Positions 37,399-49,375 of a DNA stretch of 64,000 nucleotides are shown one piece after another. Every line of letters begins with the position of its first letter. The stretch's first letter is position 1. The position numbers and the translations under genes were made by a program. Origin of the DNA: Moniliella sp. 'wahieum' (lineage: Eukaryota); NCBI GenBank assembly GCA_003971905.1, contig RSEE01000012.1, positions 682,001-746,000 of the forward strand, in the 5' to 3' direction. The notes beneath the pieces were generated by a model. That model was not told the DNA's origin and did no database searches. It saw only the letters and a list, made by a program, of their open reading frames with translations.

Positions 37399-38245
37399 TG
37401 TCACGGGCTGCGGCGGACACGAGATGGTCCGACCCAAGCTAAGGCCCGCCTGCTCCGCACATGCCCAGTAGAGGTGCTCCGCAGGCCAACCAAGTGTGAT
37501 GATGGTTGGCTAAATCAAGTATCGTGGCCGAAGGGCCATGCTCCGCGCGACAATAGTCGCCCCCCGCCCAAGTCCAAGTCGGCCGGCCTAAATAAGGCCA
37601 CCGAGCTTCCAGTGCCGTGGCGGCATCTGCCGTCCCGTCCCCGTTTCCGTTTCCTTTCTCTGTCGCGCCTGCGGCGACCAACCCCGCTTTTGACATGTTC
37701 CTTTCTACACCCCTCTGTATCCGTTTCCCTTTTGATCCTGCCTGTACCCCTGGTTGATGGGGATCTTTTCCCCCACTTCCATTCTCGTCCCCACTCTCGT
37801 CATCTCGTCTCCACCTTCGTCCCTTTCCCGCCTATCCTGTCCGACTCCTGCCCGTTTCCAGCCAATTGATCCAGTACAGGCAGCTTTCTTGTTAGCGTCC
37901 GACTTCTCCTCCGACCTCGTCCTCCAGCCCTTCGTCAACCCATCGCGCGAGCCCTCCTTTGGCCGCGGCGATTCCCAGTCTCAGTTAAGGCAGTGTTTGT
38001 CCGCCGCTGCCTCCTCCCGTCCCTAAGTCCCGGAGGCTTCAGACACGTTACTACGCCCAAGCCGGTGCAGACGCAGCCTTGCCACACGTGCAGCCGCCCC
38101 ACCAAAGGCCTCTCCTCGTCCCTAGCTCCGCTCGGATACACCAACCAGCCCAAGCCCGAAACTACCGTGAGTCGTCCTTCCGTCTCCTAAGGGATTGTAC
38201 CCCAAAAACCCCAGGGCGGGCCCCTGGCGGCGCCCGCCCGTGACA
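37399..38245 (+). mobile_element. LTR-like unit (847 bp) preceded by a polypurine-tract-like sequence
   Basis: Starts TGTCACGGGC, ends GCCCGTGACA, directly preceded by GAAGAGGAGCGTAA (37385-37398). A diverged dispersed copy lies at about 12130-12678. Confidence 0.7.
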
Positions 38246-41200
38246 ACAGCCTTTGGCAACACCACAGGCCCTCGAATGCGACCGCTTTTCTCATATAGAC
38301 TTCCTCTTCTCCGCTGCCCTCTCACCAAAAGAGCATTTACCAGGGCACTGCTATGGACCGTGTGCTCCTATTAGCCTCCCGCCTTTTACCCCCCTGGAGA
38401 AGGCAACGGAAGGTATCTGCCCCATCGCCTGTAGGGAGGTGATGTACCGTCTGGTGGGCGCCAAAAGCATCGCTCGAGCGATATGCTCCCCACGGCTGGC
38501 TGCTTCCCACTCATCTGGGAGTAGCATCGCAAAACGGAGGCGGGCCTATCGTGCATATAGTCGAGCGCATGATGGCGACATCATGCGGGGAGAATGACGG
38601 GGAACTGGGCGATTTCAACCCCGTCGCCATGCTCGAATTTACTAACGCTCTTAACAAGGTGCGCCGTCGCACACTCTGCAGTGGCCAAAACATAACCATT
38701 TTGGCCCCATCTTCTTTCTTTGGCCGGTGGATTTATGGTGCCCCCACCCAGCTTTGGGGTCGCGCCGTACGGGAATGAGACGGGCGCTTTGTCGGCAGAG
38801 GGGCGTCCGGCAGGGCCATCCCCTCACCCCTTTTTCTTATCCATTGCAGTGCGGCCGGCCCGCGACGTGGACGTTGCAAAAGGAGCTGCCGCCGGGACAC
38901 CTTGTGATGGCGTACTTGGATGACATTACGATTTTCGGACAAGAACCAGGCAATACCGGCCGAGCTGCTGAGCTGCGGAGATTTTGGAAGACGATACCTC
39001 AGGTTTCGCACTCAACCTGCGCAAGTGCGTCGAGCGGGACCGGGACCAGATTCGGGAGGATGGACTGGAGGTCCTCTGTCCTGGGTACTTGTGCGGGAGG
39101 GAGGGATTGTCGCGATCGTGGCTCTGTGACCAACTGGCCAACATGAGGCAGGACATGCCCAAGTTTGATGACATCTCTCCGTCAGGGACGCCTCATACTA
39201 TGGCGGTACAATACTCAGACCAAGCCCCCCGCCGCCTGCTCCATCCACCATGGAGATCAAGGGTGAGCTGGACGATGTGCTGCCGAAATTGATGACTTCG
39301 TCTCTGCAAGGGGTTCGGACGGATCCGGGGCGATGAGGATCCCAAGGTTCAAAGGACGATCACTTCGACATGCTCTCATGAGCTTGCCTCTCAGGATGGG
39401 AGGATGCGGTAGTCCGCTTTACTCATATATTGCGCCCCACACGCTTGTGCTGCGGCCAAGGAGGTCAACGACTATCTTATTACCATGTTGACCGATCGGA
39501 AGCGCGCATGCCAAAGGCGAACGCATTTGCGAAGCAACGCCAGCGCTGAACGAGCCGACTGTGGAGGAGGAGGATGGGACGAGGCTTGGGAGGAAGGCAG
39601 TACATGAGAGAACCGCGACGCCTTTGGAACTCCGGCAGAGAATCAGCTGGTTCGGTGAAGCAAAACGCGACAAGAACGCCAACTTACTGCCTGGGGCGCA
39701 CCAAGAGCCGTTTCCCCCTTGTTTTGACGAGGCGAAGATAATTCGATAATATATGCCACCAAGACGGGGTGGGCCAGATGCTTGGGAACTGGGAGGAACA
39801 AACACTGAGTCTCAATGGAGATGGTTCACTGCTCGGATGTCAACCACGTTCATTTGTATACACACGCGTTTCTTCGGGATGGGAATGGATGGCGGGCACA
39901 AGAAAGATTTGGCGCCAACGAGCAACACACGCCGTCGGATGATCGATAAACGTGATGAACAGGCTTAGGTGCAGCGTTTTTGTCCCAAGCTTAAGCTCTG
40001 TCAATGAATGGTTACAGTATAGAGACCCTACAATCTCCTCCATAATGGTCTGTTCTGTTGGATCTGATCTCACAACGGTGTGGGATTTGCTCTCGCAAAG
40101 ATGTGAATCTTGCAAATTGATGTCGAAAGAGCAGTGTTGAGCCACATCGGGTGGCTCGTACTTTAGCCAACGTCCCTTCAGTTCCTCCTCAGGCCTAGGA
40201 GTTTGTTTTCTCTCTCCTGTTTTCCTTGGTTCCGCAGCTTAGCCCTTGGTGGCGCCTCGCTGTCACTTGATATGTTTCTCGTAGGCGTTGCTGGTTGGCT
40301 TAGCCCCACCAGTGCAATGCATCACCCTCGAGGACCATCCGGACAATAGGTCCCATCAAGCAGGCTGTGTATGTGTGGCGTAGACTGTTCTATGAAGCGA
40401 CATTCTCCTCTCTAACAGGCCTCAGGATGGACAATAGGAAGCAGAAAAGAGATTGGGCGCAAGTACCCCCAGGACGGAAGTACAAAAGAAGGTTGAACGC
40501 TGAACGTTGACTAGGTGATTAGGTGCCCGGGCGATCGGGTGACTGACTGGGGGGTGCTCAGCCAGCCCAACCGCACACACATGCTCACAAGCCTCAGCTG
40601 ATGCATCTTCACATATGCCTGATGCTACCGTGCTGCGCCTTGCTGCGCCGGCGTGGTTGCTCGTGATGGTGGTAGTGAAGCGCAAAAAGGCGTGACCTTG
40701 TTCCAACAACACCGAAGCGAGTCGCCGGTCCAGGCCCGCCAGGCCTGACCAACTCGGTGGTTCAGGGGCTTGAAACGGGCCGAGGCGGAGACTTGCAGGG
40801 ACTTGCAGGCTGCCCTTCAAGGGAAGCTGTCACATGCGTGCGAAGCTCATTAAGCTCATGGAGGTAGAAGGATGGTGAACCCTATGATGGAGCCTGTGGC
40901 GCTGGGGTGCCAGCGCCAAGTGTTTGCCGCCAGTTGCACCGAACCACCCGTACGTCATGTGACGGTCACATCTCTCGACAGTGGCATGATGATGAGGTCA
41001 GGCCTCACATGCACACGTGGGATATGATGGGTGAGATCTGAGAGAAACTGGGAGCATATGATGGGTGATGCCATGCATGGTGGCTGATGCAGATGGGCGA
41101 CGGCGCGTGGGCAAAGGGCAAAACAGATGGCTGGTACATGGCTGGCACAAACCTGGGGGACAGTCCACACTGGGTGGCTCGGCGGCAGCCGGTAAAAAAT

Positions 41201-42019
41201 AATCGCGTGGCGCATTGCTGGGATGCAGGAGGCTGCATGCCGCGCCGCCGCAGCAGCCCATGGTAAACTTCGGGGGTGTCGCGTTCGACGCTCGCCCAGT
41301 CCTGAGTGCCCGTGCTGAGGCCCAGCGCTCGGCTTAAGCGCTCAGCCGTTGCGAACTGCCGTACACTGCCCCCCCGCTCACCACCACACCACTCACACAC
41401 TGCCTGGATGCCTGAACACCGATCGATGATCGCAGACGGCGCCAATCGCAGGGGCGCGTGGAGGCTGTGGAGGCCGGGCAGGCCACGGGTGGTGGAGGCA
41501 GCACCTGCGGCGCCGTGCCTGGTGCTGATGCTGACGCCCAGTGCCCCTGCATGTTGTCTCGCATCGATCCGCGATCACCTCGATCACCGATCGTCTGTGC
41601 CGTCTGGGGCTGCAGGACGAACGGATGGCCGTCTCTGCCGTGGCGCCAGTGTCCCTCCTGTCTGGGACATTGGCGGCTGCCCAGCTAGCGCCCACCCCGC
41701 CAGTTGCCTTCCCACGCTGCACATGAGGCGCTTCAGCAGCTTCAGCGCTTCAGCACTAGCAGCAGCCTGGCGAGGCCCGCTCGGTGGTGCTGTCGTGAGA
41801 TCTGGACACCCCTCTCCCTTTCTGCCCCAGCATCCACACGCGCGCCACCCGCCACCCGCCATCCGCCATCGTCGCCGCCGTCGTCGCCGTCGTCGTCGTC
41901 ATCTCGGCTTCCGGCCTGGCCGGTGTGCGTGCGTCGAGTCTGCCCTGCTCGGCTGTGTCTTGCCCTATCCTGCGTTGCACTCTCCTCGCCATTCGCCTTA
42001 GCCCTCCGCACCGTCTATC

Positions 42020-43782
42020 ATGCCCCGTGGTCCCCCCCCCCCCCCCCCACCCGCCCTTCTTTGTTAGTCTGGCTGACATTGAGTACTTCGCTTAGCCTCC
42101 GTCGTGCCTACTCCCGCCACTCCGTTGGTCCGAATTGACACTGCTGATGCGCTCGCCGACGAATTTGAGCTCGAGCCGGAGCCGGAGCCTGATCCAATAT
42201 CTAATAGCGATGCCGACTCCTCCGATGTTGATACCGACTTTCCTCTCCCCTCGTCCGACGCTGTACCACGGCACCGCTTTGCCCAAACGGGTGCCCCCTG
42301 TCTAAAAAAGGGGGGCATCTCTGCCCGCGCCAGCTGCCTGGCCCTAAGTCACACCGCCTGTTCCCCCCTGCAGTCCCGCTTCCCGCCGGCGTTCCGCTAT
42401 TACCCCAACCGCTCCAACGCGGTAGGAAGACCCCATATCCAGCTTGTCCGATTTGATCCCGGCGCTGCCCCTGCGGCCGGGTGGACCTATTCGCGCACCG
42501 CGTACGACCGGACCCCCATCCAATCCACCCAAGGCCGCGGCTCCTCGCTCGACCTAAGCATGCGACGTTGCCGCTCATATTATGGCGACGATGGTGTTTC
42601 GGACGAAGAGGAACCTGCATTCCATTCGCCCTTGGCCATCCGGGTGGCCAAAGCCAGCGCACAATCAGACTACTTTGGCACTTCGTGGTCCACCCGTCTG
42701 CAGGCTGGACAGGTGGTGGGATTTGACACATCGACACGACTGCAACCGCTGGCGCTGACCGACATGAGGCTCGACGCACCGGTGCGCCTAGACGAACCTG
42801 AGACACTCTTCTGCCATGCCACGGCGGAAGAGACCACCCGAACGTACCAATGGCCTGCCCCCTCTATTCGTTCCTTTGGTGCGCTCACCACGCCTGCACT
42901 GCCAGAGATGGAGGTGATGGAGGATCAGGACGTCTCCCCCTATGGTCAGGTGCCTGGTGGGATCGACTGTGGGAGGACAGGACACCGATCCCCTCGCCTT
43001 CACTAACGGCCTCGGCGTTGGAAGGCTACGATTGGCACCACTTACGCGCCACCTCGCTGCCCAGCACCGTCCCCTCTGCGGATGCCGATTCCGATTCGTC
43101 AAAGACGGTCGAACTGACGCCAGCGAGCCAGCGCGGTGCACTGCATTTGAACCAGCCGTCTGGCTCGGGTGTGGCTTGCTCTTCACCAACCTCGCCTGCG
43201 GGGCTGGACCCCGACCCGCCCATCTCGGAAGGGTCGCGCTGTTCCTCGCGCGATTCGCTGTTTTACGACACGGGCTCCTTTGCCTCCTACTGTTCCGGAT
43301 CGGGCTCCGGGTCTGGCTTCACCTCGGCCACAACGGCCTGCTCTTCTGACAGCAGCAGTACGTCGCCGCCACTTGGGTTGGACGAACGCACAGGTACGTG
43401 TGGCGGTGCTTCACAGGGTGTTCCAACACTCTCCCTTTCCATGCTACGAACGCCCTCTTTGCCCTGCAGTACAACGGCGGGTCCGTCGTCGTTGTCGCTA
43501 CGGAGGAGACTTAACGGGCTGGAGTTGCAGTTAGGGGAGCGGATGAGCGGGCGGGCCTGTTCCGCTCCGTCGATCGAGTGGGCTGCGTCGAGTGCGTCGC
43601 ACCCCCATACTGGTCCTCACAGCGAGCCCCACAGCGAGCCCCACCGCGATTCGGCACCGATGGTTCTCATCCCCCCGCCTGCAATCAAGAAGAAGAAGAA
43701 GAAGAGCGAGAAGCGACGCAATTCCCTCTCGGCTTTGGCCGCATTTGGAGATGATGGTGAAGGCGCGCTGGGTGGATTCTAA
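42020..43782 (+). CDS. Ser-rich fungal hypothetical protein with VRF...TYS..YDRTPI motif and C-terminal LGGF
   Basis: Overlapping ORFs 42104-43006 and 42850-43782 joined by a frameshift; poly-Lys stretch near the C-terminus; ends DDGEGALGGF*. Start uncertain. Confidence 0.55.
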
Positions 43783-45470
43783 CCCTGCTGCTCCCTCCTT
43801 TTTCACATCCTCTCTTCGCCTTCGGTCCGTCATTGTCTTCCTCTCCGTCTCTTTCTCCTCTCTCTAGCCCTCGCTTCCCTCTCTGCCCATCCCCTCCATC
43901 CCATATCGAAAAACGTCCTCGCAAGGGTCGTCCTCTGTTCTGCTCTGCATCCCTCTCCTATGCATGTGGCCTGGCCACCATACCTACCATACCCCTCTTT
44001 CCCTTTCGCACCATTACCTAGGCCGGGCCTGATCCCTGATCCCTGATATCTTATCTAGGATCGATTTCTCTTGCCACCTAGCCTATCTCTCCCCGCTGGC
44101 CTTCCCCTGGCTAGTTCAGCCTCCTTCTTCCCTCCTTCCATCTCTCGCACCGACTACCCACATTCAGTACCATTTTCTTCCTCCCTCGTCCTTTGTTCCT
44201 CCCATCTTAACCAGAGCTGAGTGCCGCAGAATCGTGCTGGACCCGTATTGCCGCTCCAAGCCTAGCGTACAGAGCTGTGGTCTGGCGAGCCAGGATTGCA
44301 TTCTTTGGGTCATCTGTTTCTGTATAGAGCCCCCAGCGCAAATGAGGCCTGAGGGCCTGAGCGGGGGCAGAGTTTGCGGGGGTAAGACCTGGTGAGACTC
44401 TTGGGGTGGGGATCCTACATCTGTTTAGGGTGCCGCCTTACTGCTACATCCGCCGATGAGGCTCATATGCATACCACCAGCACCTGGCTGGTTTAGTTGA
44501 GTGGCTGGGGTGGTCCAACCAGTGGGGCGGCATGAACTTCAAGTGGCGGAGACCGCACACCTCCTCCCCACCTATGAACAGGAAATTGCGCCTGGTCAGC
44601 ACATATGTTTATCAAGCGAACCAAGAGTAACGCACCCACAGTACTGGCGCGCCCCAAATTAATGACGGGGGCTCGGCGAGCCGCTTTGCATATTCGCACC
44701 AGGCTGGTCCAGTGAGGCATGAGGAGAAGTAATGGGTGCGCAAGCGCCATGCTAGAGGTGGAGAGGGGTTAGTGTGGGCTAGTGCTTTGTACTATTGCGT
44801 GGGACTGTGCGCGGGGGGCAAGGGTTTTTGGCCTCTACTTGGATGGCCTGTTGGCAGAGAGGACAGGATATTATGTTTCTCAGCGCGCGGTCCGGACGCA
44901 CGAAAAGCTAGCAATGAGATCGCCACAGGATCGATGGACTTTACAGTCGAAAACTGTGAATGGCGTTGCTCGAAGTGGTGGCGACCCGCATCTTACACTT
45001 ACCGGGGCTCCATCACCACGTACCACACTCTCTCTCGGGGCCTTCTCCTACCTCGTCTGCTGGCCTGCCCTACCATGCTCTATGTTTGACGGCATTTCTC
45101 CCCCTACGCCACCGCTCGCTCACTTGGTTTCTCTAACTCATTACCGCCTGATTGCGTCCAGCATCCACCATCAGCCACCAGGGTGGGGGGGGCGTCTTGC
45201 AATATGCGAGCCTGATGGTCCGTGCGAAAAGGTTTGCCCTGTCCAGCTCAAGTGGATTCAAACATTCAACGCAGGAGATGGGGTTGCACCGACCCACCTC
45301 ACAGCCTTACAACATTGAAACCAGACTGTGCCAGGCCCACCGCCTGGCTGCTGGAGCGGATGCGATGCGAGATGCAATGGAGTGAAGATGGCGGCTCCAA
45401 CCCTCGTCTTCCCGTCCACCCCGCTCCCCCCGCCCCGCCTGGTTTGCTCCTGTTTTGGGTCGCAAGCGCC

Positions 45471-47110
45471 ATGTTGGGTAAACGACCCCAAGCCCAGCGC
45501 GTCAGCAAGCCTGTCGCGCGCTACCGCCCCGGAAAGGTGCCCCATCTACCGCCTGGGGCCGACACGTACGGCTCGGACGAGAGCAGCGACGAGCCAGCCG
45601 AGGCTGCGGTGCCCGCGCCAGCGGCCCCGAGTCCGTCCCGCGCCGCGCCACCTCCGGCGTCGGATGAAGGATCGTCTGAATACGGTACGTTGTGCCCTTC
45701 CCAACCGCTTTGTGCCCCGCTTTAGCCCAAGCCAAGGCCGCCCGCTGACTCCCTGCCCCCTCGCCCCGCCGCCGCCGTGCTTTTTCTGCGATGACAGAGA
45801 CGGATACCGAGGACGAGCAACCCGAACCGTTCCGGCCTGTCTTTCGTGGTGCGGCGACTAGTCAGCCTAGTGCGCGCGTTGTTTCCCAACCCCCGGTCCC
45901 GCTGCCTCCACGACTATCCCGGCCGCTCGTCGTCAGAGTACGACTCGGAGAGCGATGAGAGCGAGAGAGTGAAGCCGACTCGGCCCCCGCACCGCCTGCT
46001 CCGATCTTCCGTCCCAGTTTCGTGACCAAGGCCCAGCGCAAGACGTTGGACGAGCAGGGGGAGGCCGAGAGCGAAGCGGCGATCGAGGCCAAAGCCGAGG
46101 CTGAGCGGGCCAAACGGAAACAAGCGCATGACCTGGCCGCGCACACCATCAAAGCGGGCCTGTTGGAGGCTGAGGCCGCCGAGGCGGCCCAGCGACCCGA
46201 TTTGAGCGATACCGATGGCCGTGATCCCGACGCCGAGTTTCAAGCATGGCGGGAGCGCGAGCTGCGGCGTCTGGCGCGCGCGCGAGGCGGACGAAGCGCA
46301 AGCCGAGCATCAAGCCGAGCTGGCTCGCCGGGCGGCCCTATCCCAGGCAGAACGGGATGCGGAGGATGAGGCACATGCACGCCAAACGCGCAAGGACAAG
46401 ATGGCTTCCCGTGGTGCAGTGGGCTTTATGCAAAAGTATCATCACAAGGGTGCCTTTTTCCAAGACATGGACTTGCCTCACCGAGACTACACTGGGCCCA
46501 CCGAGAACCAGATTAACAAGAGCTTGCTACCAAAGATGATGCAGGTACGGGACTTTGGGCGCAAGGGGCGCTCCAAGTGGACACACCTTGCCGCGGAGGA
46601 TACCAGCCGGCCGGACGAACGGTCTGCTCCGTCTCGCAGGCGGGGAGGCGGGGGTGGATGGGAAGGCGACCCACAACGCACCCAACCACCGGCTTCTACA
46701 GGCGCCAACTCCTTCTCTCAACGTCCTACACGCACCTGGGGGGCTCCAAGTACCTCTGCCTCCCATTCCGCGCCCACCCCTACCTCGGCCCCCTCGGCCT
46801 CGGCGCCAACCGACCCACCTAAGCCCAAGAAACCGCCAGGGAACCGGCTGCGAATGAAGGTGGATGACCGGCCGCGTCGCAAGGCGGGTGAATACGTCGT
46901 GGAACATGATGAGGATGAGCGCCAGCCCTCTCGGTTGGACCGGGAGAAGCCCCTGGACTATGGCGCGTCCGGCATGGGGCCCAGACGGGGAGCGATGGAG
47001 GAGCGACGTGGAATGACCGTCGCTCCACGCGCGCTGGGACGTGGACGCAGGGGGGGATGCGGGCGAGCCCAAACGGCGGCGCATCTCGTATGGAGACGCA
47101 GAGGCCTAAC
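45471..47110 (+). CDS. MFAP1: Microfibrillar-associated protein 1-like spliceosomal B-complex protein
   Basis: RYRPGK; FRPSFVTKAQRKT; DTDG.DP.AEFQAWRERELRRL; FMQKYHHKGAFFQD; RDYTGPT; LLPKMMQVRDFGRKGRSKWTHL..EDT. Intron about 45685-45797; stop uncertain. Confidence 0.9.
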
Positions 47111-49375
47111 AAATGCATGCATGACTTGTGCGATGCTTCGAGGACAGGAGGGAGTGGGATTCGATGGATGGATGGATGGCCAGGGCCGTTGCGTTAAACT
47201 AGCTGAGCCTCAGTTCCCACTCGGAGAGAGCATAGGCAAGAGTGAGCCGCACAGCTGAGGGCGGGTGTGTAGAACACCAGAGAGCAGGCAGTTGGTAGGG
47301 TGTATTGCATCGTTGCCGCTTCAAGCTTCAATTCTCTCCAGCGTGTAAGACCGGAGGAACCTAAGGATTTGGGTGGAGAACTCCTCTGGAAATGCAGAGC
47401 AATGCAATCGCGGTGGTGGTGGTTCGGGTCTGAGCCTGATGCCACACCTAGAAGAAGCAGGGGTTCGGGCATGCCAGAGTATAAACGTGGAGGCTTCGGA
47501 GGTCAAATAAGCGGCAAAGAGTGACAAGGTGCCCTGTCCTACAAGTGCGGGACCGCGGGTCCCAACGTACTGCCCGTAACCCTTAATCCGACTGGCCGTC
47601 TCTGCGTCGGTTCCTTTTTCCCTCTCTTTGATTTTGCCGCCCGCGCTTCCCTGTCACTTGTCATTTTTGTTGGGGTCGTCGTCGTGCGCCCAGGTTGGAT
47701 GACACGCGCGAGGCGTTTGCCGCGTCAGGGGCGTCGGTCGACAATGGCCTTTTGTTGCCCAAAACAGCACCATTCAAATCCACAGATTGTATATTCAGTT
47801 GTGCGTGTCTATCAACTCTTCTTAGCAGTGCTACCCCGCGCCTCCTCTCTCCCATTCCTGCTCAACTCCGCTCACGCTCTACTTTTTTCAGCTGTCTTGC
47901 CCTCCGAGCTCTCGTGCGCGCGCGACACGCATTACCCGCTCATGAAGTGTTGTGTTGAGTTCATCCACATCTCGTCTTGAGCGAGTGGAACGACATTTTC
48001 GAGGAAGAGGCGAAAAAGACCCGCAATTGCGCCGGAGAACATTTACTGTGCCAGCCTTGAACGAGACCTTGACGGCTTTTATTGGTTCGTTCCGGCTGTA
48101 GGGGCCGCATTGCGGAGCGACAAATCCATCATCAAGGTTCGCGTATCCAAAAGTATCGCAAGAGGAATAACACGGGCATGAACCATGTAGGACTGCTGAA
48201 GCACCATGAGATCTGAGAGCTCTTCGCCCAATCCACAAAAATAAAGGCACAGTCGGGGCTATACTAAGGCGAAAGAGGAGACCACTGGAGTCAGGACTAG
48301 GCCAAGGGATGTAGTAATCGTCTGTGGGGAAGAAGCAAGAGCAGAGGACATGGTGCGAAGTGGAAGAAACAGGGAAGGAGCGAGACGCTGGAGACGAAGA
48401 AATGGAAATGTGGGAGCGAGAGATCAGCCAAAAGCTACTTATGGCACGGTATACGGCGCGGCCAATTGTTCTGCTCGAGACGACCGATCTGACTGGAATC
48501 CATCCCACACACACACTACATCGCTTGCCATTATCTCATTATTTGGACGAGGGACCCGCTTTCTCCATCACTCTCGTTACCGCGTTACCTGTCCTCATAA
48601 AACCACAGCGCTGCTGTCGGACGCCAGCCTACTTTTATCTCTCCTCTTCGCGCTCATGCAATGCCGTTGGGGTCAGATGGGCGACGCTCGTTCTTTTGGG
48701 TGCTTCTAGGCTCCTTTTGTGCCTAAACGTTTGAGACGGCGGGGCTTGTCCATGCATGGGCCTGATTTGTTCCTGCCACACCTGTGCTCCAGGTGACTGT
48801 CTTCGTACGTAGCTAAGCTACGGAGAGTTTCTGTCAAAGAGGGTGGCTTGTGCGCGCCCACTGGTGTGGGTGCTGTTGAATAATACTGTTGGCGGAAATG
48901 ATTAATGAAATGAAGCTACGATGAGGGACCGTACACTGGGTGTGTTCGCAAGGAGGGTGGGGGATGCGCAGCAGAAGATGGAAAGAGGAGTGAGGGACGC
49001 GTGATGATGTGGCAACGCCAGCGGAGGACGGGCGGGAGAACCCGGCGGCGGGGGCGGGTGGGGACTCCCAAGGCGGAAGCAGCATTCCCTGTGTTACCCT
49101 GCTGTGCCCGCCCGTACTCAATATGCCATGGCACTGGCCAGTCGCCCGCTTCGTCGGCCCAATGGATCGGTGCAACCGCACGCGTCTGGGAAATCGCCAT
49201 CTGTACCCCACGATGGGGAGGTTTGGGTGGGGCAGCCAAGGGCCCAAGCCACAGCCTCCGCTCCAGTCCACTGTGCCGCACCCGCTCCCGTCCTCCGCCG
49301 CAATCTTTGTCCCCCCCCCCGTCCTCATCGCCACCACTGCTGCCACCATCTGCGTCTGCGTCCCTGCTCGTCGCC

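Larger units (their letters stand above)
35432..38245. mobile_element. Non-coding element with ~470-bp terminal inverted repeats, TG...CA ends and 5-bp TSD (ACAGC)
   Basis: 35432-~35901 is the reverse complement of ~37777-38245, with only a few small indels. ACAGC at 35427-35431 and 38246-38250. Confidence 0.9.
35364..40011 (+). mobile_element. Decayed, 5'-truncated CRE-clade non-LTR retrotransposon (RT domain), interrupted by the 35432-38245 insertion
   Basis: After 38246: ASRL.PLEK..GICPIACREVMYRL, FTNALNKV.R, GVRQGHPL.P, VMAYLDD, GFALNLRKC, LPLRMGGCG, NEPTVEEEDG, KRDKNA. 35364-35431 continues the same frame upstream (IQAKLRSVD...). 3' end shared with 11701-11766. Confidence 0.85.

Noticed and set aside
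35432..38245. DIRS/tyrosine-recombinase element or assembly fold-back artefact
   Set aside because: No YR or RT ORF inside. A direct, non-palindromic 5-bp TSD with colinear CRE sequence on both sides fits integrase/DDE insertion; reads are still needed to exclude an artefact fully.
40422..42001. Several 100-230 aa ORFs between the CRE element and the 42-kb gene
   Set aside because: No motifs; long ORFs arise by chance in GC-rich DNA.
47888..48514. Cys-containing 208-aa minus-strand ORF, possible small secreted protein
   Set aside because: No recognisable domain, no clear start or signal peptide; cannot be supported.
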